64,000 nt of DNA from a virus (taxonomy: Duplodnaviria; Caudoviricetes), in the IMG/VR virus record IMGVR_UViG_3300033407_000008, positions 6,466 through 70,465 of that record; one strand, written 5' to 3'. The notes under the pieces were generated by a model. That model had not been told where the DNA came from. It saw nothing but the letters and a program-made list of their open reading frames with translations, and made no database searches. How positions within the stretch are numbered: the first letter of the stretch is position 1; every line of letters starts with the position of its first letter. Below, in pieces: positions 9,047-18,462 of the stretch. A program made the translations under genes and the position numbers.

Positions 9047-9445
9047 ATGGAGAACGCAGGCGGGTACTACTACCTGCACACGAACGGCGACCTGATCTAC
9101 AAGCGCTTCGATCCAGGCGAGGATGTCAGCGACCTGGTGCGGCGCGTCTGGCCCGTGGACATCCGGGACCGGGCGACAGCGTGGCGCATCGTCCTGGAGG
9201 GCCTTGCCCTTGGGGCGCGCGTGTCCCGGGTCCGCGAGCTGGCCACGAAGTGGGGATGCACGGCCGCGGACTTCCTCGAGTACCTGTGCCGGAACCCGAC
9301 CCCCGGCGCAGACGAAAAGGCCGGGGCCGACCCCTTCCTCCGGGAGATCGCTGGCTACGGCGACCCGGAGGTGTTCTGGAGCGCGCTCATGGCTACCCCG
9401 AAGGGACAGCAGCCGGTGCTGCCAGTGCCAGGAGGTGCTGTATGA
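9047..9445 (+). CDS. Phage hypothetical protein
   Basis: YYLHTNGDLIYK N-terminus; AAGGAGG RBS. Confidence 0.7.
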   Translation: MENAGGYYYLHTNGDLIYKRFDPGEDVSDLVRRVWPVDIRDRATAWRIVLEGLALGARVSRVRELATKWGCTAADFLEYLCRNPTPGADEKAGADPFLREIAGYGDPEVFWSALMATPKGQQPVLPVPGGAV

Positions 9446-9651
9446 CCTGCACCGCACAGCAGGCCCGCGACACCCTCATCCTCGCCCACGAGCTTTTCGG
9501 GCGGGAGACTCAGAGCTTCCGGGAAGCCGTCCGACTCGCGGCGGAGAAGCGCGCCCACGAGCTGGGCTGCGACGCCGACGAGCTCACCCACCTCGCGATG
9601 CAGAGGCTCGCCTCTGACATGGGCGATGCCCTGTTGGAAGGAAGGATCTGA
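9442..9651 (+). CDS. Hypothetical protein
   Basis: ATGA-coupled with GGAGG RBS (MTCTAQQARD...). Confidence 0.55.
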   Translation: MTCTAQQARDTLILAHELFGRETQSFREAVRLAAEKRAHELGCDADELTHLAMQRLASDMGDALLEGRI

Positions 9652-10256
9652 TGCTGCACGTCGAGGACAACATCCACCTGTGGCACATGGTGACTCTGCG
9701 GGTCGCGAACCCCGACGTCGCCAAGGCCATGCTCGCACTCGCCGGTTGGCACTGGCAGCGGATCGCCGTCACTCCCGACGGCTCCGCCTGCCAGGCGGTG
9801 TGCAGCCCCTTCATCGCCGCGTGCTCTCGAGTCCAGTCCTTTGACCCGGCCCGGTTGATCGCCTCCGTCGAGGAGCTCTACTACGGCAGCCAGCAGCATA
9901 GGAACGACCGGGACTGCCACCTCTACCTCTTCGAGGACCTGGTCTGCCTCGCCTGCGGCGCCGACCACGGTGGCGAGCCCTGTCCCCTGTGTGGTGGGCG
10001 CGGCTATCACGAGGAGGACTGCGACCTTCTGGAGCCCCGCGCGCTGCGGGCGGGCGACCGCGCCATGGTCTACGAAGACCATGTCGCCCGGAAGCGGCCC
10101 GAAGGCTACGCGGCCATCGTCGAGATCCTGAGCCACGACCAGGAGCTCGACCTGACCGAGGCCCGAGTGGACTTCAACGGCGACACCTACAACCCGGTCC
10201 GCCGACGGGTCAGCCCGCTCGACAGGATCGTAGAGTCTGGCGAAAGGGAAGGCTGA
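9651..10256 (+). CDS. Hypothetical Cys-rich (Zn-finger) protein
   Basis: CLAC...CPLCGGRG motifs; TGATG coupling. Confidence 0.6.
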   Translation: MLHVEDNIHLWHMVTLRVANPDVAKAMLALAGWHWQRIAVTPDGSACQAVCSPFIAACSRVQSFDPARLIASVEELYYGSQQHRNDRDCHLYLFEDLVCLACGADHGGEPCPLCGGRGYHEEDCDLLEPRALRAGDRAMVYEDHVARKRPEGYAAIVEILSHDQELDLTEARVDFNGDTYNPVRRRVSPLDRIVESGEREG

Positions 10257-10257
10257 G

Positions 10258-10773
10258 GTGAGCGAACCCACCCCGCTAGCCTATTGGGTGAGGCTCCAGG
10301 GCCACACCAAGTACCACCAGGCCAGCCGCCAGCGCGTCGCCTTCGAGGACGGCATGCGGTCTCGCGTACACAGGCAACCGGAGGCCGAGAATGCCTACGA
10401 ACACGCCGGCTTCAGAGCGGCTTTCCGGGCCGGGTGGAAGCGGACCGACGACGCCATCAGGAAGGGCCAGAAGTTCGTCTGCGACTGCTGCGGTTCCGCC
10501 CTAGAGAGACTGCTCGACGCCGTCCTCGACCGCAAAAAGAGGACGCTCTCCTGTCCGCTTTGCAAGGGCACAGACTTCTCCTATCAGGAAAAGGTATGGA
10601 CCTCCAGACGACTCGGGAAGCTCGACGCCATCGAAGGGACGGAAACCCTTTCGCTCGGCATCTTCGCCGGCGAGGACGTGCTCTCCGACAGCGAGCACGA
10701 TGCGTGCCTGTTCTGTAACGACTGCGCTCGGGAGCTTACGATCCCCGAGGGGCTGGAGATCGAGTGGCTGTAG
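10258..10773 (+). CDS. Rmf/CrpP-like N-terminal domain plus Zn ribbons
   Basis: AFEDG..SR....NAY....AAFRAGW resembles the Rmf pattern; CDCC, CPLC and CLFC..C motifs. Confidence 0.5.
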   Translation: MSEPTPLAYWVRLQGHTKYHQASRQRVAFEDGMRSRVHRQPEAENAYEHAGFRAAFRAGWKRTDDAIRKGQKFVCDCCGSALERLLDAVLDRKKRTLSCPLCKGTDFSYQEKVWTSRRLGKLDAIEGTETLSLGIFAGEDVLSDSEHDACLFCNDCARELTIPEGLEIEWL

Positions 10774-10810
10774 ATATTGCCCTTACCTATCACTTACGAA
10801 TCGAGGTCTC

Positions 10811-12142
10811 ATGATGGCGCGCAAGAAAGCGGACCCAGACCGGTTGGAGTTGCGGTACATCCCACTCAGCCAGGCCCGGCGGTGGGACGAGAACCCGAAG
10901 CGCCACGACCTGGACGCGCTGGTGCGCTCGATTGAGACCCACGGGTTCGGTGATCCGGCTAAGTACGACTCGACCTTGGGCGCGTTGGTCTACGGCAACG
11001 GCCGGACGGAGGCCCTGGAGCGGATGCGCCAGGCGGGGAAGCAGCCGCCCCGGGGGATCGGCGTCACCGGCGATGGCGACTGGGCGGTGCCGGTGATCTT
11101 CGGCGTCGACGCGGCCAGCCATGCCGCCGCCGTGGCGTTCGCGATCGATCACAACAACCTGACCTTGCTTGGCGGCGACCTCGACCTCGAGAGCATGCTC
11201 TCGATTTGGGATGAGGAGCTACTACGGAATCTGCTCGCGGACACTCCAGACGCGGGCGAGTTGCTGGCGAGCCTCGGTGAGGTCGACGTGGCGGCCATGC
11301 TGCGGAAGCTGGAGAGCGGCGGCCCGCCACCTGAGGAAGAGGAGCTCGAGGAGCCCGACGAAGAAACCGAGCCCGTGCTCCGGGCGGGCGACCTGGTGAC
11401 GATGGGCGAGCATCGACTGCTGGTCGGCGACTCGACCGACCCGGGAAGCGTCGAGCGCGTCCTCGCCGGCGCCGAGCCGCTCCTGATGATCTTCGACCCG
11501 CCGTTCGATGTCCCGTACTCGGCCTGGTCGGTCCCGGAGTCGGTTCGGGTGCTGATGGTCTGGGGCCGCGGCGAGGAGCGCATCCGGTGGGAGCCGCAGC
11601 TCCTGGAGTCTGGCTGGGGGGTGAGCGAGATTGTGTTCTCGGGAGGCGTCCAGGGCTGGCCCGCGCCGTGGTTCCCGTGCACGGTCCACAACGCGGTCCA
11701 CTTCTGGCGCCGGGATGGTTGGCGGATCGCCAAGCAGACCGGCTTCGACCCGGCGGTCATCCGAGCTTGCGGCTGCGAGGCGACGGTAGGCGACCGACCG
11801 AAGAGCGTCCAGGCTCACACTGGAGGCGTTCTCACCGGCTATGAGGGCATGAGCTGGGGCAAGCCCGTGCTCGCGATGGAGATCGCCGTCTCGTTCGTCC
11901 AGGCCACCGCCGGAGTCTATGACCCGCTCGCCGGTTCCGGCTCCAGCCTGATCGCGGCAGACAGGCACGGCCGCCGCTGGCTGGGCATGGAGAATCAGCC
12001 GAAGTGGGCCGACCTGGTCGTCCGGCGCTACCTCCGGCAGGGCAATGAGAAGACTTCGACACTGGAACGCGAAGGTGCGCGCTCTCCACTGATTCTTGAC
12101 GAAGAGTCTGGCCGTCTAGCAAACACAGAACAAGCGACTTAG
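10811..12142 (+). CDS. ParB-like N-terminal domain fused to beta-class DNA methyltransferase
   Basis: NPKRHD...SIETHGF...GNGR (ParB_N); GEHRLLVGDST, FDPPF, KPV, YDPLAGSGSSLIAA, LGME. Confidence 0.85.
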   Translation: MMARKKADPDRLELRYIPLSQARRWDENPKRHDLDALVRSIETHGFGDPAKYDSTLGALVYGNGRTEALERMRQAGKQPPRGIGVTGDGDWAVPVIFGVDAASHAAAVAFAIDHNNLTLLGGDLDLESMLSIWDEELLRNLLADTPDAGELLASLGEVDVAAMLRKLESGGPPPEEEELEEPDEETEPVLRAGDLVTMGEHRLLVGDSTDPGSVERVLAGAEPLLMIFDPPFDVPYSAWSVPESVRVLMVWGRGEERIRWEPQLLESGWGVSEIVFSGGVQGWPAPWFPCTVHNAVHFWRRDGWRIAKQTGFDPAVIRACGCEATVGDRPKSVQAHTGGVLTGYEGMSWGKPVLAMEIAVSFVQATAGVYDPLAGSGSSLIAADRHGRRWLGMENQPKWADLVVRRYLRQGNEKTSTLEREGARSPLILDEESGRLANTEQAT

Positions 12143-12186
12143 CGGCGCCTTGCAGAAAGGTGTTCAACTTCTGAGCACCTCCCCCA

Positions 12187-12215
12187 TTGCGCCTAATCTG
12201 TTCCTTGGGTATAGT
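12187..12215 (+). promoter_or_regulatory. Sigma70-type promoter
   Basis: TTGCGC-N17-TATAGT in AT-richer intergenic gap. Confidence 0.65.
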
Positions 12216-12254
12216 CCGCTCATGGACAGCAGGACGAACCCAGAGGAGACGACC

Positions 12255-12737
12255 ATGACGACCGAGACCATCACCAGCAGCCCCGAGACCCTGCCGACCG
12301 CGTGCCCCGATTGCGACCGGCACCGCGAGCACCTCGCCTGCGCCGACTGCGGGCACGAGGCCGACGTGATCGACTGCGGGCACTACCAGCAGCCTGCCGA
12401 GATCGCCGGATCGGCCATCAGCGTGCAGACGCGCGGGATGATGATGGGCGAGCCGGTGTGCGAGGACTGCGAGACCCGACGCGAAGAGCTGCGCCGGATC
12501 GAGTTCCTCGTAGCCGACCTCGACTTCCGGACTCCGCCGGTGAACCAGGGCCAGATCGTCGAGGTGAGCTACGCGATCGACGGCGACTCCGATCTGGTCT
12601 ACCGCCGCCGGCGCGATCGCTCCGCCGGCGAGACCACCTACCAGGTGGCCGACCTGGAAGACCTCCCCGGAGACGAGGAGTTCGAGCCCTGGCAGGCGGT
12701 GCCAGCGATCCCGAAGGATGCGTGGCGAGCTGCCTGA
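12255..12737 (+). CDS. Hypothetical Zn-finger protein
   Basis: CPDC, CADC, CEDC; GAGGAG RBS. Confidence 0.6.
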   Translation: MTTETITSSPETLPTACPDCDRHREHLACADCGHEADVIDCGHYQQPAEIAGSAISVQTRGMMMGEPVCEDCETRREELRRIEFLVADLDFRTPPVNQGQIVEVSYAIDGDSDLVYRRRRDRSAGETTYQVADLEDLPGDEEFEPWQAVPAIPKDAWRAA

Positions 12738-12739
12738 CC

Positions 12740-13288
12740 ATGGCGAATCCACACCTAGCGACCGTGGGGCAGCGCATCCTGGACCTCCGAGTGCGGCGCG
12801 GTTGGACTCGCGCCGAGCTTGCGGCCAGAATCGGCATAACAGCCGCCGCTGTCGCGGCTATGGAGCAGCGCGTCCACCAGAAGCTCCCGCAGATGGACAG
12901 GCTCCGGAAGTATGCGGCGGCGCTCGAAGTCGGACCGGAGGTGTTGCTACTGCCCGAGCCGGCCATGCGGCGCCCCGGCGGTGGCGGAGCAGCGCACGCG
13001 CAAGCCGAGATCCTGGAGATTCTCGGCAGGTCCGCTCAACCGATGTCGACGCGGCAGGTATCGGAAGAGCACGGCGCCGACGCCTGGAGGCCACTGGACG
13101 CCCTCCGCCGACGCGGCCTGATCTCGCTGGACCGCTCCCTCCGGCCGCACCGGTGGCGACGGATCGACCGGCGCCGGTCTCCGGGCATCCTGGAGGTGCT
13201 GGCGGAGATCACGGCGCAGGTGGTGGTCGCCTCCGACGGCCGCCGCTATCTGCTCGTCCCATCGAACGACGACCTGAGGGATGCGTGA
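12740..13288 (+). CDS. XRE-family HTH regulator with second winged-helix-like region
   Basis: VGQRILDLRVRRGWTRAELAARIGIT...AME. Confidence 0.8.
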   Translation: MANPHLATVGQRILDLRVRRGWTRAELAARIGITAAAVAAMEQRVHQKLPQMDRLRKYAAALEVGPEVLLLPEPAMRRPGGGGAAHAQAEILEILGRSAQPMSTRQVSEEHGADAWRPLDALRRRGLISLDRSLRPHRWRRIDRRRSPGILEVLAEITAQVVVASDGRRYLLVPSNDDLRDA

Positions 13289-13575
13289 TGAGTCCCCGCG
13301 TTGACTCGGAGGCCGCCGCCTTGGGAATTCCCCGTTGGATGCGCTTAGCGCTCCCGGAGGATGTCCGGCAAGAGGTGGCGCTGACGTTTGTCGAGTACCC
13401 GAACCTCACCCCGACCGCTCGGCGCCAGTTGGTACGCTACCGGCTCGCCCGGCTGCGGCACGAGGTCTGGGATCGGCGGCCCACTCGACCGCCGAAAACC
13501 CCACACGGGCTTCGTCCATCGAAGCTCGCACGCCGCCGCGGATACCGGCGGAATAAGGAGGTGACAGCATGCTGA
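13288..13575 (+). CDS. Hypothetical Arg-rich protein
   Basis: TGATG-coupled ORF. Confidence 0.5.
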   Translation: MSPRVDSEAAALGIPRWMRLALPEDVRQEVALTFVEYPNLTPTARRQLVRYRLARLRHEVWDRRPTRPPKTPHGLRPSKLARRRGYRRNKEVTAC

Positions 13576-14084
13576 GCAGACGACAGGCACTCCACCGCAT
13601 GGCGTTCGCGGGCGCCGGCGCGGTCCTATCCACAGAGACAGCCGATGCGATCGCCGGCGAGCAGCACTGGCTTGATAGCCGGTCGAGCCAGGAGATCGAG
13701 GAGGTGCTCCGGGAGACCGGAGCATGGACCGAGTTTCGCCGCCGGATGTCCAGGCGAGCGAAGCAGGCTGCGACGCGGCGGCGGCGCGAGACCCGCGCTG
13801 ACAACACCGTCATCTATCGCGGCCCACTGACCGGTCCGCTGCCTGAGTCGCACTCTCGCGGGCGGATCGTCCAGGCTTCGCGCCGAGAAATGATCCGCTC
13901 CACTGTCGGGCCTCCCGGAGAGACCTGGCAGGGATACGACCTTGCGCACGGAACGGTCGTGCTGGTCGATGCTCGCCTACGCGATGGGACGGCTGCCCTT
14001 GCCGAGATCATCGATACGCCGCGGGGGCGGCGAGTACACGTCTGGCCGGCTCCGATCGAGAGCCTTGCCGGCGGAGCGCCATGA
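13569..14084 (+). CDS. Hypothetical protein with twin-arginine-like N-terminus
   Basis: MLSRRQAL...AFAGAGAVL; AAGGAGG RBS. Confidence 0.55.
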   Translation: MLSRRQALHRMAFAGAGAVLSTETADAIAGEQHWLDSRSSQEIEEVLRETGAWTEFRRRMSRRAKQAATRRRRETRADNTVIYRGPLTGPLPESHSRGRIVQASRREMIRSTVGPPGETWQGYDLAHGTVVLVDARLRDGTAALAEIIDTPRGRRVHVWPAPIESLAGGAP

Positions 14085-14296
14085 GCCAGGGAGTCACCTT
14101 CGGAACGCGCACCTGGACCCTGGAGTCCCGCACCGCCGCCAACCAAGTCCGCCGCGTGCTCCGCGCCCACGCCGAGGACGGCGGCCGGTGCGACCGCGAG
14201 ACCCTAGACCGCCTGGTCGCTCTGGCGCGGAAGCGATCCGGGCGCCACGTCGAGACGATCCTGAACGAGTTCAGAGAGGAGACTGAGACTCCATGA
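14081..14296 (+). CDS. Hypothetical protein
   Basis: ATGA-coupled at both ends. Confidence 0.55.
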   Translation: MSQGVTFGTRTWTLESRTAANQVRRVLRAHAEDGGRCDRETLDRLVALARKRSGRHVETILNEFREETETP

Positions 14297-15213
14297 GTTT
14301 CCACGTCGACCGGAGCGCCGGCCTGCCCGGCTGCTCCATCATCTATGCGCCGCGGGGGCAGGCGGGCGAGTACGCCCCGCTCGCGACGAATCCCTACCGG
14401 GGGTGCGGGCACAAGTGCGCCTACTGCTACGTGCCGAAGGTGCTCCGCATGGATCGCCGGGAGTTTGACGCCGGCGCCGTGCCCCGCCGAGACTTCCTCC
14501 GGCTGCTCCGCCGGGACGCCGCGAAGTATCAGGCCGCCGGGATCACCGACCAGGTGATGCTCAGCTTCACGACGGACCCCTACCCGGTCGAGCACCACGC
14601 GCTGACCCGGGAGGTGCTGCTCGCTCTCGCCGAGCACGGGCTCGGGTTCTGTACCCTCACGAAGGGCGGCGCCCGCGCGCTCCGGGACCTCGACCTGTTC
14701 CGGCCGGACCGGGACGCTTTCGCCTCGACCCTGACCTCGCTCGACGCCGACTTCAGCCGGAAGTGGGAGCGCGCCGCAGCCGACCCCGCCGACCGGATCG
14801 CCACCCTCCGGCGCTTCCATGAGGCCGGGATCTTCACCTGGGTCAGTCTCGAGCCGACGCTCAGCGCCGAGGCCAGCTTGGCGATCGTCGAGGAGACGCA
14901 CGGGTTCGTCGACCTCTTCAAGGTCGGGCGGGCGAACTACCTGCCGATGACGGCCCGGACCGACTGGCGGGACTACACGCTGCGCATGGTCGAGGTGCTC
15001 CAGAGGCTCGGCGCCGCCCACTACATCAAGCATGACCTCCAGTCGTACCTTCCGGACGGCTACCCGAACCCGCTCCGGGTGGAGCAGCACCACCGAAGCC
15101 GCGGTCCTGGGAGCCGCTCTCGACGCCCTCTCGGACACGAAGTCCCGAGCCGGACGGAAAGACGCACTCTTGAAGATCGCACAGCAGTTGACCAGCACGC
15201 ACAGGGGAGGTAG
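14293..15213 (+). CDS. Radical SAM protein (spore-photoproduct-lyase-like phage family)
   Basis: NPYRGCGHKCAYCY (CxxxCxxC), FTTDPY, LTKG, SLEP; the C-terminal ~40 aa look like read-through. Confidence 0.85.
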   Translation: MSFHVDRSAGLPGCSIIYAPRGQAGEYAPLATNPYRGCGHKCAYCYVPKVLRMDRREFDAGAVPRRDFLRLLRRDAAKYQAAGITDQVMLSFTTDPYPVEHHALTREVLLALAEHGLGFCTLTKGGARALRDLDLFRPDRDAFASTLTSLDADFSRKWERAAADPADRIATLRRFHEAGIFTWVSLEPTLSAEASLAIVEETHGFVDLFKVGRANYLPMTARTDWRDYTLRMVEVLQRLGAAHYIKHDLQSYLPDGYPNPLRVEQHHRSRGPGSRSRRPLGHEVPSRTERRTLEDRTAVDQHAQGR

Positions 15214-15218
15214 GAAGA

Positions 15219-15870
15219 ATGCCAAGGAAGCTACGCGAAGACGAGCCGGGCGGCCCGCGGCGCCGGACCAAGACACGGTCCCAAGTACGGACTGAGATCC
15301 CGTTCGAGCACGATTACATCCTGGTCAAGGCGACGAAGCCTAGCGGCGAAGCACTGCGACTGCGCCGACGAGTTGCTGCCCTGCACCTGCGGCGGTGGCG
15401 ATGCGCCTCCCTGTCACCACGCCCTCGGCTGCCCGGCGCGGTTCCGCGGCGCCGTGGCCACCGCGCTCTGCGAGGCGAAGAGCTACGATCGGCGGCATGG
15501 CGCTGGCGAGACCGGCTTACATGCAGAAGTCGTTCGTACCGCTCGCGCTGTTCGTCGGGAGGAGCTTGCCAAGCCACTTTCAGCCGACCGTTACGTCACC
15601 GCCCTGAACGTGTTCAGAGCGGCCGTGGACCGCCTGGAAGGCCGCCACCCCGATACCTGCGACTGCGACGGAACCGCCATCCTCGACGGCGAGCCCTGCC
15701 CCTTCGGTGAGTGGACAGGTGACGAAGGGCCGGTGCCCGGCTGTTCCAACTGCGGACAGCCGCTCGCGCTCCACTGCAAGACCCACGTGGTGCCCTGCTG
15801 CCCAGGTCGCTGCACCAAGGCCACAGACGAGCCGTACCCACCGACCACAACGGGAGATCAAGATGCCTAG
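15219..15870 (+). pseudogene. Probable frameshifted Cys/His-rich gene
   Basis: ATG 15219 has an RBS, but the Cys-rich part (KHCDC...CTC...CDC...CSNC) lies in another frame with no good start; shift near 15345. Confidence 0.35.
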
Positions 15871-16111
15871 ACGACACCCCACCGAAGCCTCTGCCGAGGC
15901 CCACAAGCGGCACCGGGAGCGCCTCCAAGCCGCCCGGAAGGCCCTCGGCGAGATCCGCAACACCTACACGCCGAAGCTCGGCGATGCCTGTGGGGTGGCG
16001 AACCACCTCGGCCGGCTGGTCGGGCAGGCGATCGGCGTCTCCGGAGCTCACGGCCGGGACCTGGTCGTGGAGCTCGAGGCGCCCCGGCGTCGGAGGACCG
16101 CCCATGCCTGA
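15863..16111 (+). CDS. Hypothetical protein
   Basis: GGGAG RBS; overlaps neighbours. Confidence 0.5.
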   Translation: MPRRHPTEASAEAHKRHRERLQAARKALGEIRNTYTPKLGDACGVANHLGRLVGQAIGVSGAHGRDLVVELEAPRRRRTAHA

Positions 16112-16367
16112 CCCCAAGGTCACCATTGACCGCGAGCGGCTGACCAGGCTGCTCTCCGAGGCGGAGCAAGCCTGCCGGGATCTTGGCGGCAGGAGCGAGC
16201 GACGGGCCCTCGGCGTCGCCATCATCGACGTGCACAAGGAGGTGGTGGCCCACGATGTCTACGGCCGGCTCGGGCCGGACGGCGGGGCGGGGCCGCCGGC
16301 GGGATCGTTGGTGGCGGCGAAGGGGCGGGCGGCAGAGAACGACGTGCCGCCGTCTGGAGGGACCTGA
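16104..16367 (+). CDS. Hypothetical protein
   Basis: GGAGG RBS. Confidence 0.55.
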   Translation: MPDPKVTIDRERLTRLLSEAEQACRDLGGRSERRALGVAIIDVHKEVVAHDVYGRLGPDGGAGPPAGSLVAAKGRAAENDVPPSGGT

Positions 16368-16369
16368 CG

Positions 16370-16495
16370 ATGCCCGAGTGGATCCACTACGCGGAGCTCG
16401 TCTCCGAGGTGGGCTGCCTCGTGCTGCTGGGCTTCATCGCGATCCGCCTCCTACGGATCACTCGGAAGCCAGCCCCAGGAGAGGCCCACCGGTGA
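16370..16495 (+). CDS. Small single-TM protein (41 aa)
   Basis: GGAGG RBS; VGCLVLLGFIAIRLL; not in supplied ORF track. Confidence 0.45.
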   Translation: MPEWIHYAELVSEVGCLVLLGFIAIRLLRITRKPAPGEAHR

Positions 16496-16770
16496 GCAGC
16501 GACGGCGGCCGTGAGTTCCGTCTCCGTCGAGCCGAACGCGAGGAGTCGAACCAGCACGTCACGCCGGAGGACATCCTCGAGCAGGTCCTCGAAGACATCC
16601 GAAGCGGCAAGCTCCAACCCGACCAGCTCCTGATCGGCTACCGCTGCCCGGAGGATGGCAACGGCCGCCGGTACGGCACCTACTCCGCGAACCTCTCGAG
16701 GCCCGATCTCCTCGTGTTCCTGGAGTGGTTGAAGGTCAACCTGTTCGACAACTGGAAGGCCGATCTATGA
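16492..16770 (+). CDS. Hypothetical protein
   Basis: GTGA-coupled, GGAG RBS. Confidence 0.55.
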   Translation: MSSDGGREFRLRRAEREESNQHVTPEDILEQVLEDIRSGKLQPDQLLIGYRCPEDGNGRRYGTYSANLSRPDLLVFLEWLKVNLFDNWKADL

Positions 16771-17171
16771 CAGGAACCGGACGCCAGACCGAAGACCGGA
16801 TGGACACCTTCTTCACGCGGGAAGAGATGCTCGGGATTTGCGAGCGCCTGGCGCGGATCATCCGCAAGCCGAAGATCCAGGTCGTCACCATGGAAGCCTT
16901 GAGGCCGGACGGCTCGGTCTTCTGCTCCTACCGCTTCCCGCTGCCCGGCGAGGCCCCCGAAGCACCAGAGGACTGGCAGGGGCACATACAGGAGGCCGCG
17001 AAGGCACTTGGCGAGGCGGCCCGGGAAGCCGGCGTGGCCCTCGCTCACCCGCCGCTCCGAGTCACGCACCACAGCATCCCGCGCTCGGAGCACTACGACA
17101 CGATCCGCCTGCCGTCCGCGCACCCGGCGATCGACCGCCTCATCATGGGCACCGATGGGGGCGATTCGTGA
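16767..17171 (+). CDS. Hypothetical protein
   Basis: ATGA-coupled ORF. Confidence 0.55.
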   Translation: MTGTGRQTEDRMDTFFTREEMLGICERLARIIRKPKIQVVTMEALRPDGSVFCSYRFPLPGEAPEAPEDWQGHIQEAAKALGEAAREAGVALAHPPLRVTHHSIPRSEHYDTIRLPSAHPAIDRLIMGTDGGDS

Positions 17172-17396
17172 CCGCCGGCTGACCAGGCCCGCGCCCCGGA
17201 ACCTGGCAGCCGAGCCTCCCTACCCTCTGCACGAGACCGTCCTGGTCGCGCTCTCCGCGCCGGATCTCGTGGCTCACCTTCCGCGCCCAGACTGCCCCAT
17301 CGAGTCGCCCCACCCGATCGGCGAGTGCGCCGCCTTCCGCCCGCTGGTAAGCTATCGCCCAGCACTACAGCCGCCAGCGGAAGGGAGCGCAGACCT

Positions 17397-17651
17397 GTGG
17401 ATCGCCGACTCATCCTCGTCACCTGGCTCGATTCCCACTCCTACGAGGGGTGGACCGCGGTCAAGGATCTGAAGCCCGACGGCGTCACCTGTCGGTCTGT
17501 CGGCTGGCTGATCTCGGAGACCGAGCAGACCCTCACCCTCGCCCCGCACCTGACCCAGGCGGATCACGCGAGCGCCGAGGAGCAGGCCTCCGGCGCGATG
17601 GTGATTCCCAGGGTGTCGGTCGTCTCGATCGAGGATCTGGCGGTCCCCTGA
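17397..17651 (+). CDS. Conserved small phage protein
   Basis: LVTWLDSH...GW...CRSVGWLI...IPRVSVVSI pattern; GGGAG RBS. Confidence 0.65.
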   Translation: MDRRLILVTWLDSHSYEGWTAVKDLKPDGVTCRSVGWLISETEQTLTLAPHLTQADHASAEEQASGAMVIPRVSVVSIEDLAVP

Positions 17652-17854
17652 TGGCATCCGGCACCTACGCGCTCCACGTCCCTGCCGGCCGAGGCTTTCT
17701 CGCCAAGGGGCCGGCGTCCGGCCGCCGCTTCTACCGCTTCCGGCTCTCCCGGAACACCGTCTACGCCCCCTCGGGCAATCCCCCGCTCATCCGCCTCCAG
17801 TCCGTCGACGAGATGCACCGCCGGCGCTCCCGCGCCACAGCCGGGGGCCGCTGA
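17651..17854 (+). CDS. Hypothetical protein
   Basis: TGATG-coupled at both ends. Confidence 0.4.
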   Translation: MASGTYALHVPAGRGFLAKGPASGRRFYRFRLSRNTVYAPSGNPPLIRLQSVDEMHRRRSRATAGGR

Positions 17855-18459
17855 TGGCCTTCCCGTGGAACCAGCTCCCCGAGGAGGGCGGGAAGGCGTT
17901 CGCCGCCTTCCAGGTCTACCGGGAGCTCGGCCCGTGGGAGCGGTCGATGAATCGGGTGCGTGTCGAGCTCGGCCGACCCGAGTCCTATCTCCGGAGCCTC
18001 CAGTCGTGGAGCTCCAAATATCGATGGGTCGACCGCGTCCGGGCGTGGGACCAGCACTTGGACGGCGTGAAGCGCCGGAAGGTCGAGAAGGAGCTCGAGG
18101 GCATGGCCGAGCGCCACGTCGCTCTCGCCACCCGGGTCCAGCAGCTCATCGAGCTCAAGCTCTCCGCCACTCTGAGGAAGGTGAACGCCGAGCTCAGCAG
18201 GACGGGCGGAAGCGACTTCGACGTCGCCGGCCTGTCGATTAACCAGCTTGCGCCCCTGGTGCGCGTCGCGACCGACCTCGAGCGCCTGGCCCGGGGCGAG
18301 GCCACCACTCGGGCGGAGATCCGCGTCGCCGAGCTGCCGCTGCTACCCCAGGCGCTCCCGAAGGAGGCATTCGAGACGGTCATCGGCTCCATGCGAAAGG
18401 CCGGTCACCTCCCCGGCGAGAACCTCGACGACGAAGACCTCGACCTACCCGCGGGCTGA
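17854..18459 (+). CDS. Terminase small subunit-like protein
   Basis: KAFAAFQVYRELG..RS...WSSKYRWVDRVRAWD helix motif; directly upstream of TerL. Confidence 0.7.
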   Translation: MAFPWNQLPEEGGKAFAAFQVYRELGPWERSMNRVRVELGRPESYLRSLQSWSSKYRWVDRVRAWDQHLDGVKRRKVEKELEGMAERHVALATRVQQLIELKLSATLRKVNAELSRTGGSDFDVAGLSINQLAPLVRVATDLERLARGEATTRAEIRVAELPLLPQALPKEAFETVIGSMRKAGHLPGENLDDEDLDLPAG

Positions 18460-18462
18460 CTC

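Noticed and set aside
17171-17396. Possible gene fragment (VAHLPRPDCPIESPHPIGECAAFRP)
   Set aside because: No in-frame start after the upstream gene; could be another frameshift, but too weak to call
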